Assembly: GCA_963675495.1 (NCBI GenBank) | Contig: OY776215.1 | Coordinates: 1,568,001 to 1,632,000 of the forward strand | Origin: an uncultured Methanolobus sp. | GTDB lineage: Archaea > Halobacteriota > Methanosarcinia > Methanosarcinales > Methanosarcinaceae | Length of the DNA stretch: 64,000 bases | Reading direction: 5' to 3' | The notes under the pieces: generated by a model | What the model was told of the DNA's origin: nothing | The model's database searches: none | Seen by the model: only the letters and a program-made list of their open reading frames with translations | Shown: piece by piece, positions 41,080 to 52,323 of the stretch | How positions within the stretch are numbered: the stretch's first letter is position 1 | How the letters are laid out: every line of letters begins with the position of its first letter | Translations under genes and position numbers: made by a program

Positions 41080-42459
41080 TTACTCAGTTCTTATCTCCAC
41101 AAGTTCCAGCCTCTCATTGCCTTCTGTAACGGCTACTTCCAGAAGCAGTCCAACGCCGCTGGCATAGAACTTATTTTCCTCAACACCAGGTTCAAGAGGA
41201 GTCCATTCCTTTGTTTGCAGGCAGTTGTCAAATGAACCATATTCTACTGAAACTGATTCATCAAGACTCAACACTTCAGCCATATCCTCTGCCTCACCTT
41301 CATAGTATTCCTGCTGATAGACATCGCCAACCTTTGGGTCTGCTTTCATAAGTATACCAGGTTCTGCTCCGTCAACACCTGATTCCCAGGAACCTGCTGT
41401 GCTAGCTACCTCACCATCATCATACTCTTTTGAGTCTTCACCAAAATACCAGACATTTCCTTCGTTGTCGTTGGCATACCAATCAAGCGTGTCTTCAACA
41501 AGTTCACCATCCTCCCATTCACGTTCTCTTACAACAATAGTTGTGACACCCAGTATCTCCTTTGTCTGGTCAGTGACGGACATCTCTACCCTGATATCTT
41601 CTCCATCAGATTCACCTTCCAGGATGAAGGTTGTACCTACAGCCAATGGGAAATACGAATTGTCAACAGGATCTGTAAAATCTGCAGAGTTTATAACAGA
41701 ATCTGATTCTGATTCAGTGCTTATCTCCACAAGTTCCAGACCTCCTGTCCCGCCTTTAACAATCTCCTCCTTGATAACGCCGATTCCAGGTGCATAGTAC
41801 TTGTTTTCTTCTACACCAGGTTCCAGCGCAGTCCACTCTCTTGTCACCAGACAATTGTCGTAAGAACCATAACTCACTGAAACAGATTCAGTAGTTGAAA
41901 GTACTTCAGCCTGGTCTTCAGCTTCTCCCTTGTAGTATTCCTGATAGTAGATATCACCTATTTCCGGACTGGCTTGCATAACTATTCCTGGCTTGGCCCC
42001 ATTGACACCTGCTTCCCATGAACCTGCTGTGCTAACTATTTCACCGTCTTCATAATCATTGGAATCTTCACCGAAATACCAGACATTTCCATCTTTGTCC
42101 TGCGCAAACCAGTCATATGTCTCTTCCACCAGTTCACCATTTTCCCACACCCTATCTTCTACAACAGTTGTAGTAACGCCCATGATCACTTTTTTCTGCG
42201 GGCTGACAAAAACCTCATTTCTTTCAGTGCCTTCCTCAGTCTCTCCTTCATATACAAAGGTTGTACCATGTTTCAGAGGTAGATACTGATTATCTATTTC
42301 TTCCACGAAGTTTGCAGGGTCTATTTCAGGATCATAAACATCTTCCAATCCTTCATCTGGTGTATCCTCGGAATACGAAGTATCAGTACACCCTGACACC
42401 ATTACAAGTGCCACTCCCAGAAAAAGCACCACAATATTTCTAATCATCTTGCGTTTCAT
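41080..42459 (-). CDS. Acidic lipoprotein with two tandem 210-aa domains
   Basis: Lipobox VSGC; GGAGG RBS before MKRKM; repeated DNxYxPL...GNVWYFGEDS...AGSWExGVxGAxPGI...EWTxLEPGVEENKxYAxGxG. Confidence 0.88.
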   Translation of the reverse strand: MKRKMIRNIVVLFLGVALVMVSGCTDTSYSEDTPDEGLEDVYDPEIDPANFVEEIDNQYLPLKHGTTFVYEGETEEGTERNEVFVSPQKKVIMGVTTTVVEDRVWENGELVEETYDWFAQDKDGNVWYFGEDSNDYEDGEIVSTAGSWEAGVNGAKPGIVMQASPEIGDIYYQEYYKGEAEDQAEVLSTTESVSVSYGSYDNCLVTREWTALEPGVEENKYYAPGIGVIKEEIVKGGTGGLELVEISTESESDSVINSADFTDPVDNSYFPLAVGTTFILEGESDGEDIRVEMSVTDQTKEILGVTTIVVREREWEDGELVEDTLDWYANDNEGNVWYFGEDSKEYDDGEVASTAGSWESGVDGAEPGILMKADPKVGDVYQQEYYEGEAEDMAEVLSLDESVSVEYGSFDNCLQTKEWTPLEPGVEENKFYASGVGLLLEVAVTEGNERLELVEIRTE

Positions 42460-42713
42460 TTTATTCCTCCATTTTTCTCCGCCGGACAGACAAAAAGTTA
42501 TCAAATTAAAAGTAGTGCTGGCTTATATTAACGATTCTGGTACAGGCCTCGAAGATTAATACAAAGTTCGAACAATCTAATAATGATAAAAAAATTGATA
42601 ATCAGGATAAATTCAATGCGAATGAATTTATATTCGCAGTAATGGGACAACACTAAACAACATACTGTGCAGTTAATTATTTACATATTCCAGACAATGT
42701 CATCATTGAGAAT

Positions 42714-43367
42714 ATGAACGATGAAGTTGAAGTAGTATGCCCAGCATGCTCACCTAAAATTAGTGTGCCGCATGATGTTTTGAAATCCGGCCAGAATATG
42801 GTTGTCCAGTGCCAGGAATGTGGAAATGTCCATCCAACCAAATTTGAAAAACCAAAGACATTCAACATAAAAGTAATAATCAGTAAAGGCGATAGATCTT
42901 TTACACAAATGACCAAAATGACATCAGAAGAAGATGTTCACATTGATGATGAGATAATTGTCGATGACGGGGAATCTGATGAAGTATTCCCGGTCCTGAT
43001 AACTGCCATCGAGTCAGGAGATAAAAGACTGGAAAAAGCAAATGCCGCAGAGATAAGTACGATATGGGGCAGGGCTATCGATGAAGTTGCTGTTAAGATT
43101 GCCATTCACCGGGGAAAAAGCACAGAAGCCCTTATAAAAAGAGTTCCCGGAGGATACGAATTCATTATCGGTAAAGAGGAAACCGTTGACAAGACTAAAG
43201 TGAGGATCAAGAAGATAAAAATAAGAGACAGTAGTCTTGAATCACGTACCGGCATAGCGGTTGAGGCAAAGTTCATTAAAAGGATATTTGCAGAAGAAAT
43301 TGTGAGAAAGAACTGGGGAGAAGGAAGAACTGCATGGAGTATGAAAGGGAAAGGTCGCTCCTGGTAA
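42714..43367 (+). CDS. Archaeal Zn-finger protein (HVO_0476-like)
   Basis: CPAC...H...CQECGNVH, TIWGR; lies upstream of pcm as in other Euryarchaeota. Confidence 0.82.
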   Translation: MNDEVEVVCPACSPKISVPHDVLKSGQNMVVQCQECGNVHPTKFEKPKTFNIKVIISKGDRSFTQMTKMTSEEDVHIDDEIIVDDGESDEVFPVLITAIESGDKRLEKANAAEISTIWGRAIDEVAVKIAIHRGKSTEALIKRVPGGYEFIIGKEETVDKTKVRIKKIKIRDSSLESRTGIAVEAKFIKRIFAEEIVRKNWGEGRTAWSMKGKGRSW

Positions 43368-43993
43368 AATCTCTCAAAAAACAAGGAATCAGTGAAAGAA
43401 CTCTAAGAGCGATGAAGAAGGTACCAAGACATCATTTTGTACCTTCTATACATGTATCGCGTGCCTATGTTGACAGTCCATTGCCCATAGGACACGCACA
43501 GACAATATCAGCACCCCATATGGTTGCCATGATGTGTGACCTCCTTGAGCTTCAGGAAGGGCAGACAATACTTGAGATCGGTGCCGGCTCAGGTTACAAT
43601 GCAGCAGTCATGGCGGAAATAATTGGCAAAAATGGGCAAGTCTATTCTATTGAGCGTCGTGAACCGCTAGCTAAGTTTGCAAATGATAATCTGGAAAGAG
43701 CCGGATATTCCAATGTGGAAGTTATACTTGCTGATGGTTCGCTGGGCTATCCCGAGCATGCACCCTATGATAGGATATGTGTAACTGCATCAGCACCTGA
43801 AACGCCAAAACCACTTTTAGAACAGCTAAACTCCGGCGGAATCATGGTCCTGCCTGAAGGTGATACTTTCCAAAATTTGTACCTTATCAGGAAATCCATG
43901 ACTGGTGAGATCACAAAGGAAAACAGAGGTGGTGTGATATTCGTACCACTTGTTGGCGACCACGGTTACAATCTATTCACGAGCCATAGATAA
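43334..43993 (+). CDS. pcm: Protein-L-isoaspartate O-methyltransferase
   Basis: [34 protein letters not shown]. Confidence 0.96.
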   Translation: MEYERERSLLVKSLKKQGISERTLRAMKKVPRHHFVPSIHVSRAYVDSPLPIGHAQTISAPHMVAMMCDLLELQEGQTILEIGAGSGYNAAVMAEIIGKNGQVYSIERREPLAKFANDNLERAGYSNVEVILADGSLGYPEHAPYDRICVTASAPETPKPLLEQLNSGGIMVLPEGDTFQNLYLIRKSMTGEITKENRGGVIFVPLVGDHGYNLFTSHR

Positions 43994-44082
43994 TTCATTT
44001 TTACCGCAAAAACATTTTTAATATTTTATGCGTATTTAGAAGAGCATATTTTATAATAATCCGATTATGGTATGAAAGAACA

Positions 44083-47000
44083 ATGTCCTCAAAAAAAGAA
44101 AACTGGCAATTCTGGATAGACAGAGGTGGCACATTCACAGATATTGTTGCCCGGAAACCTGATGGACATTTGCTTGCTCATAAACTCCTGTCAACAGACC
44201 CGGAACACTATACAGATGCCGCAATGCATGGAATAAGGTTCATACTCGGGATAGGTCCAAAATCCAAGCTGCCAACGGAAATTATATCATCTATCAAGAT
44301 GGGAACAACCGTTGGAACGAATGCATTGCTTGAGAGAAATGGAGAGCCTACTGCACTGGTTATCACAAAAGGTTTCAGGGATGCACTGAGAATTGGATAC
44401 CAGAACAGACCTGATATCTTCGCTTTGAAGATAGAACTGCCGGAGCTGCTCTATGAAGAGGTCATCGAGATTAAGGAACGGTACAATGCATCCGGTGAAG
44501 AGCTGATCACCCTTGATACGGAGAACTCACGCAGTGAACTCGAGAGAATATACTCTCAGGGGATTCGTTCGATTGCCATTGTACTGATGCACGCATATCG
44601 TTACCCTGAACATGAATTGCAGCTTCGGGGAATTGCAGAGGATATTGGTTTTACTCAGATATCACTTTCACATGAAGTAAGCCCTCTTATGAAACTCATA
44701 AGCAGCGGAGAAACAACTGTTGTGGATGCTTACCTTTCCCCGGTGCTGCGAAGATACATCGATATGATAGCAAGCAGCCTCGAAGCCGGAGGAGATAATA
44801 CAAAGCTCATGTTCATGCAGTCCAACGGCGGGCTGATAGAAGCTAATCAATTCAGGGGCAAGGACTGTATTCTTTCCGGACCTGCCGGTGGAATTGTAGG
44901 AGCTGTGGAAACGTCCGGTATGGCAGGTTTTGAGAAAGTGGTCACTTTCGATATGGGTGGAACTTCCACTGATGTAGCCCATTACAGCGGAGAATATGAG
45001 AGAAGTTTTGAAACTGAGATTGCCGGAATACACCTGCGTTCTCCAATGCTCTATATTCACACCGTAGCAGCCGGAGGAGGATCAATACTACATTTCGAAG
45101 CCGGAAGATTCACGGTCGGGCCGGATTCTGCAGGTTCTGAACCGGGACCTGCATGTTATCGCAAGGGAGGGCCACTTACAATTACCGATTGTAACCTGAT
45201 GCTTGGCAAGATAGATCCGCAGCATTTTCCTCATGTATTCGGCCATAGCGCAGACATGTCACTTGACTCTGATGTTGTGAGAGAGAAATTTTCAGCCCTT
45301 GCAGAAGATGTCAGTGCATTCACAGGAGTGGAACACAGTGCTGAGCAGGTGGCTGAAGGTTTCCTGAAGATCGCCATTGAGAATATGGCAAACGCTATCA
45401 AGAAAATATCAATCCAGCGTGGGTATGACACAAAAGATTATGTCCTTTGCTGCTTTGGCGGAGCAGGTGCCCAGCATGCCTGTGGCGTTGCAGATGCGCT
45501 GAGTATTAAGAAAATACTGATACACCCATTTGCAGGAGTGCTTTCTGCATATGGAATGGGACTTGCAGACCAGCGTATTATGAAAGAGTATGCTGTAGAG
45601 AAAAAACTTGAAAGAAAACTTATAGCAGAACTCCGGGACATTGCTGCTGAGCTGGAAATGAGCGGCAAGGAAGAGATGCGGATGCAGGGTGTTGCAGAAG
45701 AAGACATCAGTGCGCTACATAAGATCCATGTCAAATACCGTGATGCTGGGACTTCAATTATTGTTGACCTTGTTGATGAAAAAGAGATTAAGACTTCTTT
45801 TGAGAATGAGCATAAGAGCCGTTTCGGCTTTATCATGGACAACAAGGAACTGGTCATAGAAGCGGTTTCCACAGAGATAATCGGGTCAGGGGAAACTATG
45901 CGTAAATCCACCACCAATGTTGCTGCAGAAAAGGGAGACATGCTGCCTGATATGACCATGTACACTTGCGGGAAACCACATACAACGCCTGTTTACAGAA
46001 GAGAAAAACTGGTGTCAGGAACAAAAGTCAAAGGGCCTGCTATCATCGTGGAAACGAATACCACTGTTGTGATCGAACCAGGCTGGGAAGCGGAGCTTAC
46101 AGAGAACCAGGAACTAGTGCTTGAAAGAGTGAGTGCTCTGCCAAAGAGAGAGTCGATTGGTACTGAAGCTGATCCTGTGATGCTTGAGGTATTCAATAAC
46201 AGATTCATGTCCATTGCACAGCAGATGGGGTACACACTCCAGAATACATCTTATTCTGTCAATATCAAAGAAAGGCTTGACTTTTCGTGTGCTCTTTTTG
46301 ACAGTGAAGGAAATCTCATAGCCAACGCACCACATATACCTGTGCACCTCGGTTCCATGGGCGAGAGTGTCAAATCGATCATCAGGAAGTTCCCTGCTAT
46401 GAAAGCAGGAGATGTTTTCATGCTCAACTCTCCATTTGAAGGCGGAACACATCTACCTGATATTACGGTTATTACACCTGTGTTTCATGAAAATAAGCTT
46501 GCATTCTTTGTGGCTTCAAGGGGGCATCATGCTGATATTGGCGGAGTGACTCCCGGATCCATACCTCCTGAAAGTAGGCACATAGAAAAGGAAGGGGTGC
46601 TCACCAATGGACAGAGAATCGTATCCAGTGGAAAATTCCTTGAAGATGAAGTGCAAAAATGGCTGGCTTCAGGCAAATATCCGGCACGCAATCCTTTCCA
46701 GAATATTGCAGACCTGAAGGCACAGGTAGCTGCTAATGAGAGAGGAGTAAGAGAACTGGAAAAGCTTGTGAAGCACTTTTCTATGGAAACGGTGCAGGCA
46801 TACATGAGACATGTAATGGACAATGCCGAAGAATCTGTGAGAAGGGTTATCGAAGTACTGAAGGACGGGGAATTCTCACTTTCCTTTGATGATAGTACAG
46901 TTATACACGTGAAAGTGAGGATCAATCACAAGAAAAGAGCAGCATACATCGACTTTGCCGGAACTACCGCTCAACATCCGGGGAACCTGAACGCTCCGGT

Positions 47001-47718
47001 GGCTGTATGTAAGGCTGCGGTGCTTTATGTGTTCAGGTCACTGGTGGAGAAGGATATTCCACTCAATGAAGGATGTCTGCGCCCTCTTGAGATTAGCATT
47101 CCTGAGAAGAGCATACTGAACCCTGAATACCCTGCGGCTGTGGTGGCTGGAAATGTTGAGACCTCGCAATATATCGTTGATGCACTTTTCGGAGCACTTG
47201 GAGTGATGGCAGGATCACAGGGCACCATGAACAATTTTACTTTTGGAGATGAGCAGTTCCAGTACTATGAGACCATTTGCGGTGGGTCGGGAGCAGGAAA
47301 TGGATTTGATGGCACTGATGCTGTGCAGACCCATATGACCAATTCCAGGATCACCGACCCGGAGGTGCTGGAATGGAGATTCCCCGTGCGGCTTGAGGAG
47401 TTCTCTGTCAGAGAAGGCAGTGGTGGTGAAGGAGAGTACAGTGGAGGGTGTGGAGTCATCCGGAAGATCCGCTTCCTCAGACCAATGAAGGCGGCCGTTA
47501 TTTCAAGCCACAGGAAATTTCCTCCCTTGGGTTTGAATGGCGGAGAAAATGGGAAGGTCGGGCACAATTATGTTTTACGGGCAGGTGGAAGTGAAGATAT
47601 GGATGGAGATATTGAGGAACTTGGAGGAAGAGCTCTTGTTGATATGAGAGAAAATGACCTGTTCGTTGTGGAGACCCCCGGAGCAGGCGGATTTGGTAAA
47701 AAAGAAAGAGTTAAGTAA
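44083..47718 (+). CDS. 5-oxoprolinase (fused hydantoinase A/B)
   Basis: [62 protein letters not shown]. Confidence 0.93.
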   Translation: MSSKKENWQFWIDRGGTFTDIVARKPDGHLLAHKLLSTDPEHYTDAAMHGIRFILGIGPKSKLPTEIISSIKMGTTVGTNALLERNGEPTALVITKGFRDALRIGYQNRPDIFALKIELPELLYEEVIEIKERYNASGEELITLDTENSRSELERIYSQGIRSIAIVLMHAYRYPEHELQLRGIAEDIGFTQISLSHEVSPLMKLISSGETTVVDAYLSPVLRRYIDMIASSLEAGGDNTKLMFMQSNGGLIEANQFRGKDCILSGPAGGIVGAVETSGMAGFEKVVTFDMGGTSTDVAHYSGEYERSFETEIAGIHLRSPMLYIHTVAAGGGSILHFEAGRFTVGPDSAGSEPGPACYRKGGPLTITDCNLMLGKIDPQHFPHVFGHSADMSLDSDVVREKFSALAEDVSAFTGVEHSAEQVAEGFLKIAIENMANAIKKISIQRGYDTKDYVLCCFGGAGAQHACGVADALSIKKILIHPFAGVLSAYGMGLADQRIMKEYAVEKKLERKLIAELRDIAAELEMSGKEEMRMQGVAEEDISALHKIHVKYRDAGTSIIVDLVDEKEIKTSFENEHKSRFGFIMDNKELVIEAVSTEIIGSGETMRKSTTNVAAEKGDMLPDMTMYTCGKPHTTPVYRREKLVSGTKVKGPAIIVETNTTVVIEPGWEAELTENQELVLERVSALPKRESIGTEADPVMLEVFNNRFMSIAQQMGYTLQNTSYSVNIKERLDFSCALFDSEGNLIANAPHIPVHLGSMGESVKSIIRKFPAMKAGDVFMLNSPFEGGTHLPDITVITPVFHENKLAFFVASRGHHADIGGVTPGSIPPESRHIEKEGVLTNGQRIVSSGKFLEDEVQKWLASGKYPARNPFQNIADLKAQVAANERGVRELEKLVKHFSMETVQAYMRHVMDNAEESVRRVIEVLKDGEFSLSFDDSTVIHVKVRINHKKRAAYIDFAGTTAQHPGNLNAPVAVCKAAVLYVFRSLVEKDIPLNEGCLRPLEISIPEKSILNPEYPAAVVAGNVETSQYIVDALFGALGVMAGSQGTMNNFTFGDEQFQYYETICGGSGAGNGFDGTDAVQTHMTNSRITDPEVLEWRFPVRLEEFSVREGSGGEGEYSGGCGVIRKIRFLRPMKAAVISSHRKFPPLGLNGGENGKVGHNYVLRAGGSEDMDGDIEELGGRALVDMRENDLFVVETPGAGGFGKKERVK

Positions 47719-47782
47719 TGATACTGATAAAGCTGCTGTGCATCTTATAAACTAAAAATAAAGAAGGAAAAGGCCGCTGTCA

Positions 47783-48241
47783 ATGAACTCTGAGAATAAT
47801 GTAAAAAAAGTTACTGTGAAAGGGGTGTTCATGATAAACATCTTCGGGAAGACCGTTCCCGCCCTTATGCTTGAAGATGAAGATGGCCTCCTTATGCCAA
47901 TACATATAGGCCAGTCAGAGGCACTCTCCATTAATTCAGTGATGAAGAATGAGACCATGCCAAGACCTATGACGCATGATCTTATTGTGTCCATGCTTGA
48001 AAGACTGGGTGCAGAGGTTGAGAGAGTACTTATCGATGAGAAGGTCGATAATATCTACTATGCCAGGATAACGTTGAAAAAGGACGGTATTAGCATGGAG
48101 TTTGATGCCAGGCCAAGTGATTGTATCGCTATTGCCCTTAGAAATGATGCAGTTATTCTGATAAACGAGGATGTTTTTAACGACGATTCCATCTCTAAGG
48201 AAAATTTCCAGGGTTCTAAGGCAATTACGGGATTTGTATAG
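47783..48241 (+). CDS. Bifunctional nuclease family protein (DUF151)
   Basis: PIHIG..EA, RPMTHDL, DARPSDCIAIA. Confidence 0.92.
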   Translation: MNSENNVKKVTVKGVFMINIFGKTVPALMLEDEDGLLMPIHIGQSEALSINSVMKNETMPRPMTHDLIVSMLERLGAEVERVLIDEKVDNIYYARITLKKDGISMEFDARPSDCIAIALRNDAVILINEDVFNDDSISKENFQGSKAITGFV

Positions 48242-48289
48242 TACTGCCGTACCCAAAAAAGTATATATTGTTAACAAGGACAATATGCT

Positions 48290-48997
48290 ATGAGGCACCG
48301 GATATTTTATAATCCTTTTACGTTCATTTTTACGCTGATACTTACTTTGATCCTTGCTTTCAGTATTTCCGTGCTTTTCTTCGGTTTTGTAAGCAGTGCC
48401 TTTGCAAAGATAGGTTTCTCATGGGAAGATGCACTTATCCTACTTCTTGCCTCACTTATCGGAAGTAATATCAATATACCCCTGAGAACTATCGAGTCTA
48501 AGATCCCAATTGAGGACCAGAGATACATAAAGGTCTTTGGAGTCTCATATCGAGTCCCATTCAAGAAGACACACATTACAAGGACAACCGTAGCCATAAA
48601 CGTAGGTGGAGCGCTCATTCCAACCATCGTCTCCCTCTACCTGTTAACCCTCTTCCCTGAGGCCGTTATCTACGCCCTCTACGCCACCATGTTCGTTGCC
48701 TTGATAACAAAAGCTGTTGCCAGGCCGGTCAGAGGTGTGGGCATCGTTTCCCCTGCACTACTTCCCCCGATTGCCGCAGCCCTAAGCTCCATTATCATCG
48801 TCTACACAACCCATGTCCAGCACGAACTCATCTTTGCCATAGCCTACACCAGCGGCACTCTGGGCACCCTGATAGGCGCCGACCTGCTGAACATGCGCGC
48901 AATCACCAAACTGGGAGCTCCTGTTGTAAGTATCGGAGGTGCAGGGACGTTTGATGGTGTGTTTTTGGCCGGGGTTATTGCGGTGTTGTTGGTTTGA
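48290..48997 (+). CDS. DUF1614 membrane protein
   Basis: SLIGSNINIP, AINVGGALIP, GTLIGADL, SIGGAGTFDGVF. Confidence 0.9.
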   Translation: MRHRIFYNPFTFIFTLILTLILAFSISVLFFGFVSSAFAKIGFSWEDALILLLASLIGSNINIPLRTIESKIPIEDQRYIKVFGVSYRVPFKKTHITRTTVAINVGGALIPTIVSLYLLTLFPEAVIYALYATMFVALITKAVARPVRGVGIVSPALLPPIAAALSSIIIVYTTHVQHELIFAIAYTSGTLGTLIGADLLNMRAITKLGAPVVSIGGAGTFDGVFLAGVIAVLLV

Positions 48998-49742
48998 GTG
49001 GGAAAAAAGCCTTTTTTGGTTTAAAATGGAAGATACTGCAAAAAATATATTTTCTCCCACGATTTTACTTTAGACTAAAAATCATCCATAGTTGATTTTA
49101 GATTTAAGAAGCCTCATCCCACCTACATTTAAACCAAACACATGCTCCCACAAGCTTCAACCTAAATATCAGAATCATTTAACAAAACATAAATACTTGT
49201 TAAATAATCTCACAAACAAGGCACGGTGACATGCATAAAATGCGTGGCTTTGGCAGGAACTCGCATACCAACCATATTCGCAGAGAGAGGGGCACGTGCA
49301 TTTTAAATCACTTACCACATGGCGTGTAGTTTAGATAATTAATATGAAAATCGTTATTTTTTTGGTAATGAATATGCTCCAAAATAATATAACAACACCT
49401 ATATAGGAGTTGATTATTGTGATTATTGAGGCGCTATGATTTGCACAACCCATTTTTAGATAGCTTTTAAATCCCACTCCCCACACTATCAGTGAATTCA
49501 TGAAAGCGCCTCGATTCAAAATATTTATTCAGCGATCATGTTTTGCTGAGAGAACTACGTACCTTGTCGAATTTATTATATTTGTGAAACTATTCAGCAT
49601 TCTCTCTTTTGATAATTACCATTCAATATGAGGACACAACAAGTATTAAATAAAAACTTGATATCTTCTTAGTAAATATACCATCCGCCAGCGAGCCTGG
49701 AGGATATAATAACCAAATTCAGTGAAAGGGAAAAAATCACAC

Positions 49743-50564
49743 ATGCTCACAAAAAGGATCATACCATGTCTTGATGTTACGCTTGATGAGGAAGGCGGAA
49801 CCGTAGTTAAGGGAATAGAATTCGTAGACCTGAGAAAAGCAGGAGATCCTGTGGAACTCGCCAAGCAATATAATGAACAGGGTGCTGATGAACTTGTTTT
49901 TCTTGACATAACCGCCTCCCATGAGGGAAGAGGAACCATGGTCAAGGTTATCGAAAGGACTGCTGATGAAGTATTTATTCCACTGACCGTTGGAGGTGGG
50001 ATCAACTCCATCGAAGACATACGCCAGATACTCAGGGCAGGTGCGGACAAGGTATCTATAAACACCGCCGCTATAAAGAATCCAGACCTGATCCAGGAAG
50101 CATCTGATATTTTCGGTGCTCAGTGCATCGTCACAGCCATCGACTGCAAGAGGAATACAAACGTTAAGGACCATCCAGACAAGACCATCCTCGAACTGGA
50201 AGACGGCACACAAGCATGGTATGAAGTGGTCATCTACGGAGGCAGGCAGCCAACCGGAATAGACGCTGTCCAGTGGGCTAAAAAGGTAGAGGAGCTCGGT
50301 GCAGGAGAGATATTGCTCACCAGCATGGACAGGGACGGAACCTATGACGGTTTTGACATCCCGATCACAAAAAGGCTTTCAGAGGACCTTGAGATACCGA
50401 TCATTGCCTCCGGTGGCGTAGGCAACCCTGAGCACATGTACGAAGGTTTCACAAAAGGAAAAGCAGATGCAGCACTTGCAGCAAGCATATTCCACTTTGG
50501 CGAATACACTGTTAACGATACCAAGGAATATCTCAGGAAAAAGGAAATTCCTGTCAGGCTCTGA
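49743..50564 (+). CDS. hisF: Imidazole glycerol phosphate synthase subunit HisF
   Basis: [46 protein letters not shown]. Confidence 0.97.
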   Translation: MLTKRIIPCLDVTLDEEGGTVVKGIEFVDLRKAGDPVELAKQYNEQGADELVFLDITASHEGRGTMVKVIERTADEVFIPLTVGGGINSIEDIRQILRAGADKVSINTAAIKNPDLIQEASDIFGAQCIVTAIDCKRNTNVKDHPDKTILELEDGTQAWYEVVIYGGRQPTGIDAVQWAKKVEELGAGEILLTSMDRDGTYDGFDIPITKRLSEDLEIPIIASGGVGNPEHMYEGFTKGKADAALAASIFHFGEYTVNDTKEYLRKKEIPVRL

Positions 50565-50588
50565 ACTGTAATAAAATGGAGTGAAATC

Positions 50589-50876
50589 ATGGAAATCTCA
50601 GAATTCCAGAAAAGAATGTACGATCTCTACGCCCATAACGACAGGAGAAGAGGGGCACCAGCAACCACCCTCTGGCTTGTGGAAGAGATCGGTGAACTTG
50701 CAGAAGCGATTCGCAGGGAGGACATGGATAACATAAGGGAAGAGCTTGCAGACTGTTTTGCGTGGATAGCCGCACTTGCAAACCTCTACGACATTGACCT
50801 TGAAGCTGCGTTTTTAGAGAAATACCCTGACAAGTGTCCTACATGCGGGAAGAATCCGTGCATCTGTACGGACTAA
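50589..50876 (+). CDS. MazG-like nucleotide pyrophosphohydrolase
   Basis: EEIGELAEA, EELAD, C-terminal CPTC..PCIC. Confidence 0.9.
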   Translation: MEISEFQKRMYDLYAHNDRRRGAPATTLWLVEEIGELAEAIRREDMDNIREELADCFAWIAALANLYDIDLEAAFLEKYPDKCPTCGKNPCICTD

Positions 50877-50979
50877 AGATTCCTCCCCCACATTAACATA
50901 TACTAGTTAATTTACATATCGCAAAAGTAATTCATTATGTATAAATAGTATCCTTACTACTAATTAAGAAGGGGATAAT

Positions 50980-51939
50980 ATGATACATAGACATTCAAGC
51001 TATTTTTTCCTTATATTGCTTCTTATTTTATTCTCCGCAGCATCCACCGGATGCCTGCGGGATTTCGATGATGAAACGAGATTGATGATATCCGACATCG
51101 AAATATCTAAAGACAGTGTCAAAAGCACCCATGCCTGGTTCAATGTGACCACATACGTCGAAAACCGGGGAGCTGACAGCAACGGCAATTCAACCGTTAT
51201 GCTCAAAGTATTCAACGAGCGGACTGGTTTGCTGGAACTGAAACAGGAAGAAGACATTGGGTCTCTGAAAGAGGGCGAAACCAAAATGGTAAGTCAAAAG
51301 ATACGTCTTCCAAAAAGTGGCAGCTACCGTATCAGTGCAATTATCACTAGTGATGGGGAAATGGGATATGACAGATGGATGACGCTTTCCGGGCTGGAAA
51401 ATCTGCCAACTGATATGCAGGAAACGGGCATGCGGATAGAAGGAATTGATTTCATAGCAAGGGAAACAAGTTCCAAAGGTGTTGTAATTGAAAATGACAT
51501 CTACCTGAAGAATGAAGGTGTAGAAACCACAGAGGACTATCGCATACTTGTGAAAGCTAGAGAGATGGATGCACGGCTCATTGCAGACAAAAAGTGGATC
51601 AATTCAAGTGAAATTGAGCCTGAAAATACCATCATCAGAAGCGTCAATCTAACCGTACCGGACAACTACAATTACATTGTCGAGATCAGTATATGGGATG
51701 GTAACACCATAGTAAATACCGGAGAAGACTACGTTCAACTTAATCCTGAAAAGATAATAAACAGGGATCAGCAGGTCCAGAGTAAGGATATAGATACCAC
51801 TGATTTTGTAGTTGAAGATGACTATGAATGGGAATATACAGAAGAAACTGCCGAGGAAGAAAGCCCTGGGTTTACAGCAATTTTTGCGGCAATAGCCCTC
51901 ATCTCAGCACTATACATCGCAAGGAGGAAATTGCAATGA
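50980..51939 (+). CDS. Surface protein with lipobox and PGF-CTERM sorting signal
   Basis: STGC lipobox; C-terminal SPGF + TM + RRK. Confidence 0.85.
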   Translation: MIHRHSSYFFLILLLILFSAASTGCLRDFDDETRLMISDIEISKDSVKSTHAWFNVTTYVENRGADSNGNSTVMLKVFNERTGLLELKQEEDIGSLKEGETKMVSQKIRLPKSGSYRISAIITSDGEMGYDRWMTLSGLENLPTDMQETGMRIEGIDFIARETSSKGVVIENDIYLKNEGVETTEDYRILVKAREMDARLIADKKWINSSEIEPENTIIRSVNLTVPDNYNYIVEISIWDGNTIVNTGEDYVQLNPEKIINRDQQVQSKDIDTTDFVVEDDYEWEYTEETAEEESPGFTAIFAAIALISALYIARRKLQ

Positions 51940-52241
51940 GCGAGGAAAAGGAGACTAAGAAAATAAAAGAAGAGAAGGCCATAGTAGCTCCGAAAGTGAA
52001 CACAAAAGAAAAAAAGGACACAACTGTTGAGGACTATTTCAAAGGCGGTCTTTTCGTACTGTTGGGCATCATCATTGCTATTGCTGCATTGCAATTCTAT
52101 TTCACAGTGGACAGCATAATTTACACATGGTTCAAGCATGAATATGTGCCCATAATCAAAGCTTTATACAACCTGACTGTGATTGTGGTCAGTTTGTACA
52201 TCCTCAAAAATTATGTATTAAAGAGTAAGGAAAAGAAGTAA
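51936..52241 (+). CDS. Hypothetical membrane protein (2 TM)
   Basis: ATGA overlap with the upstream gene, GGAGG RBS, start MSEEKET. Confidence 0.75.
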   Translation: MSEEKETKKIKEEKAIVAPKVNTKEKKDTTVEDYFKGGLFVLLGIIIAIAALQFYFTVDSIIYTWFKHEYVPIIKALYNLTVIVVSLYILKNYVLKSKEKK

Positions 52242-52323
52242 TTTCTTTTCCCTTTTCAACTTTCTTTTTAACCCGCTTTTTTGGCTATCTTTTATATACT
52301 CTAAACTCATCTGAGCAAATATC

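Noticed and set aside
49000-49720. 0.7-kb AT-rich spacer before hisF with a 62-aa minus-strand ORF
   Set aside because: No convincing RBS, motif, repeat or stable structure; may be a decayed remnant but this is unsupported
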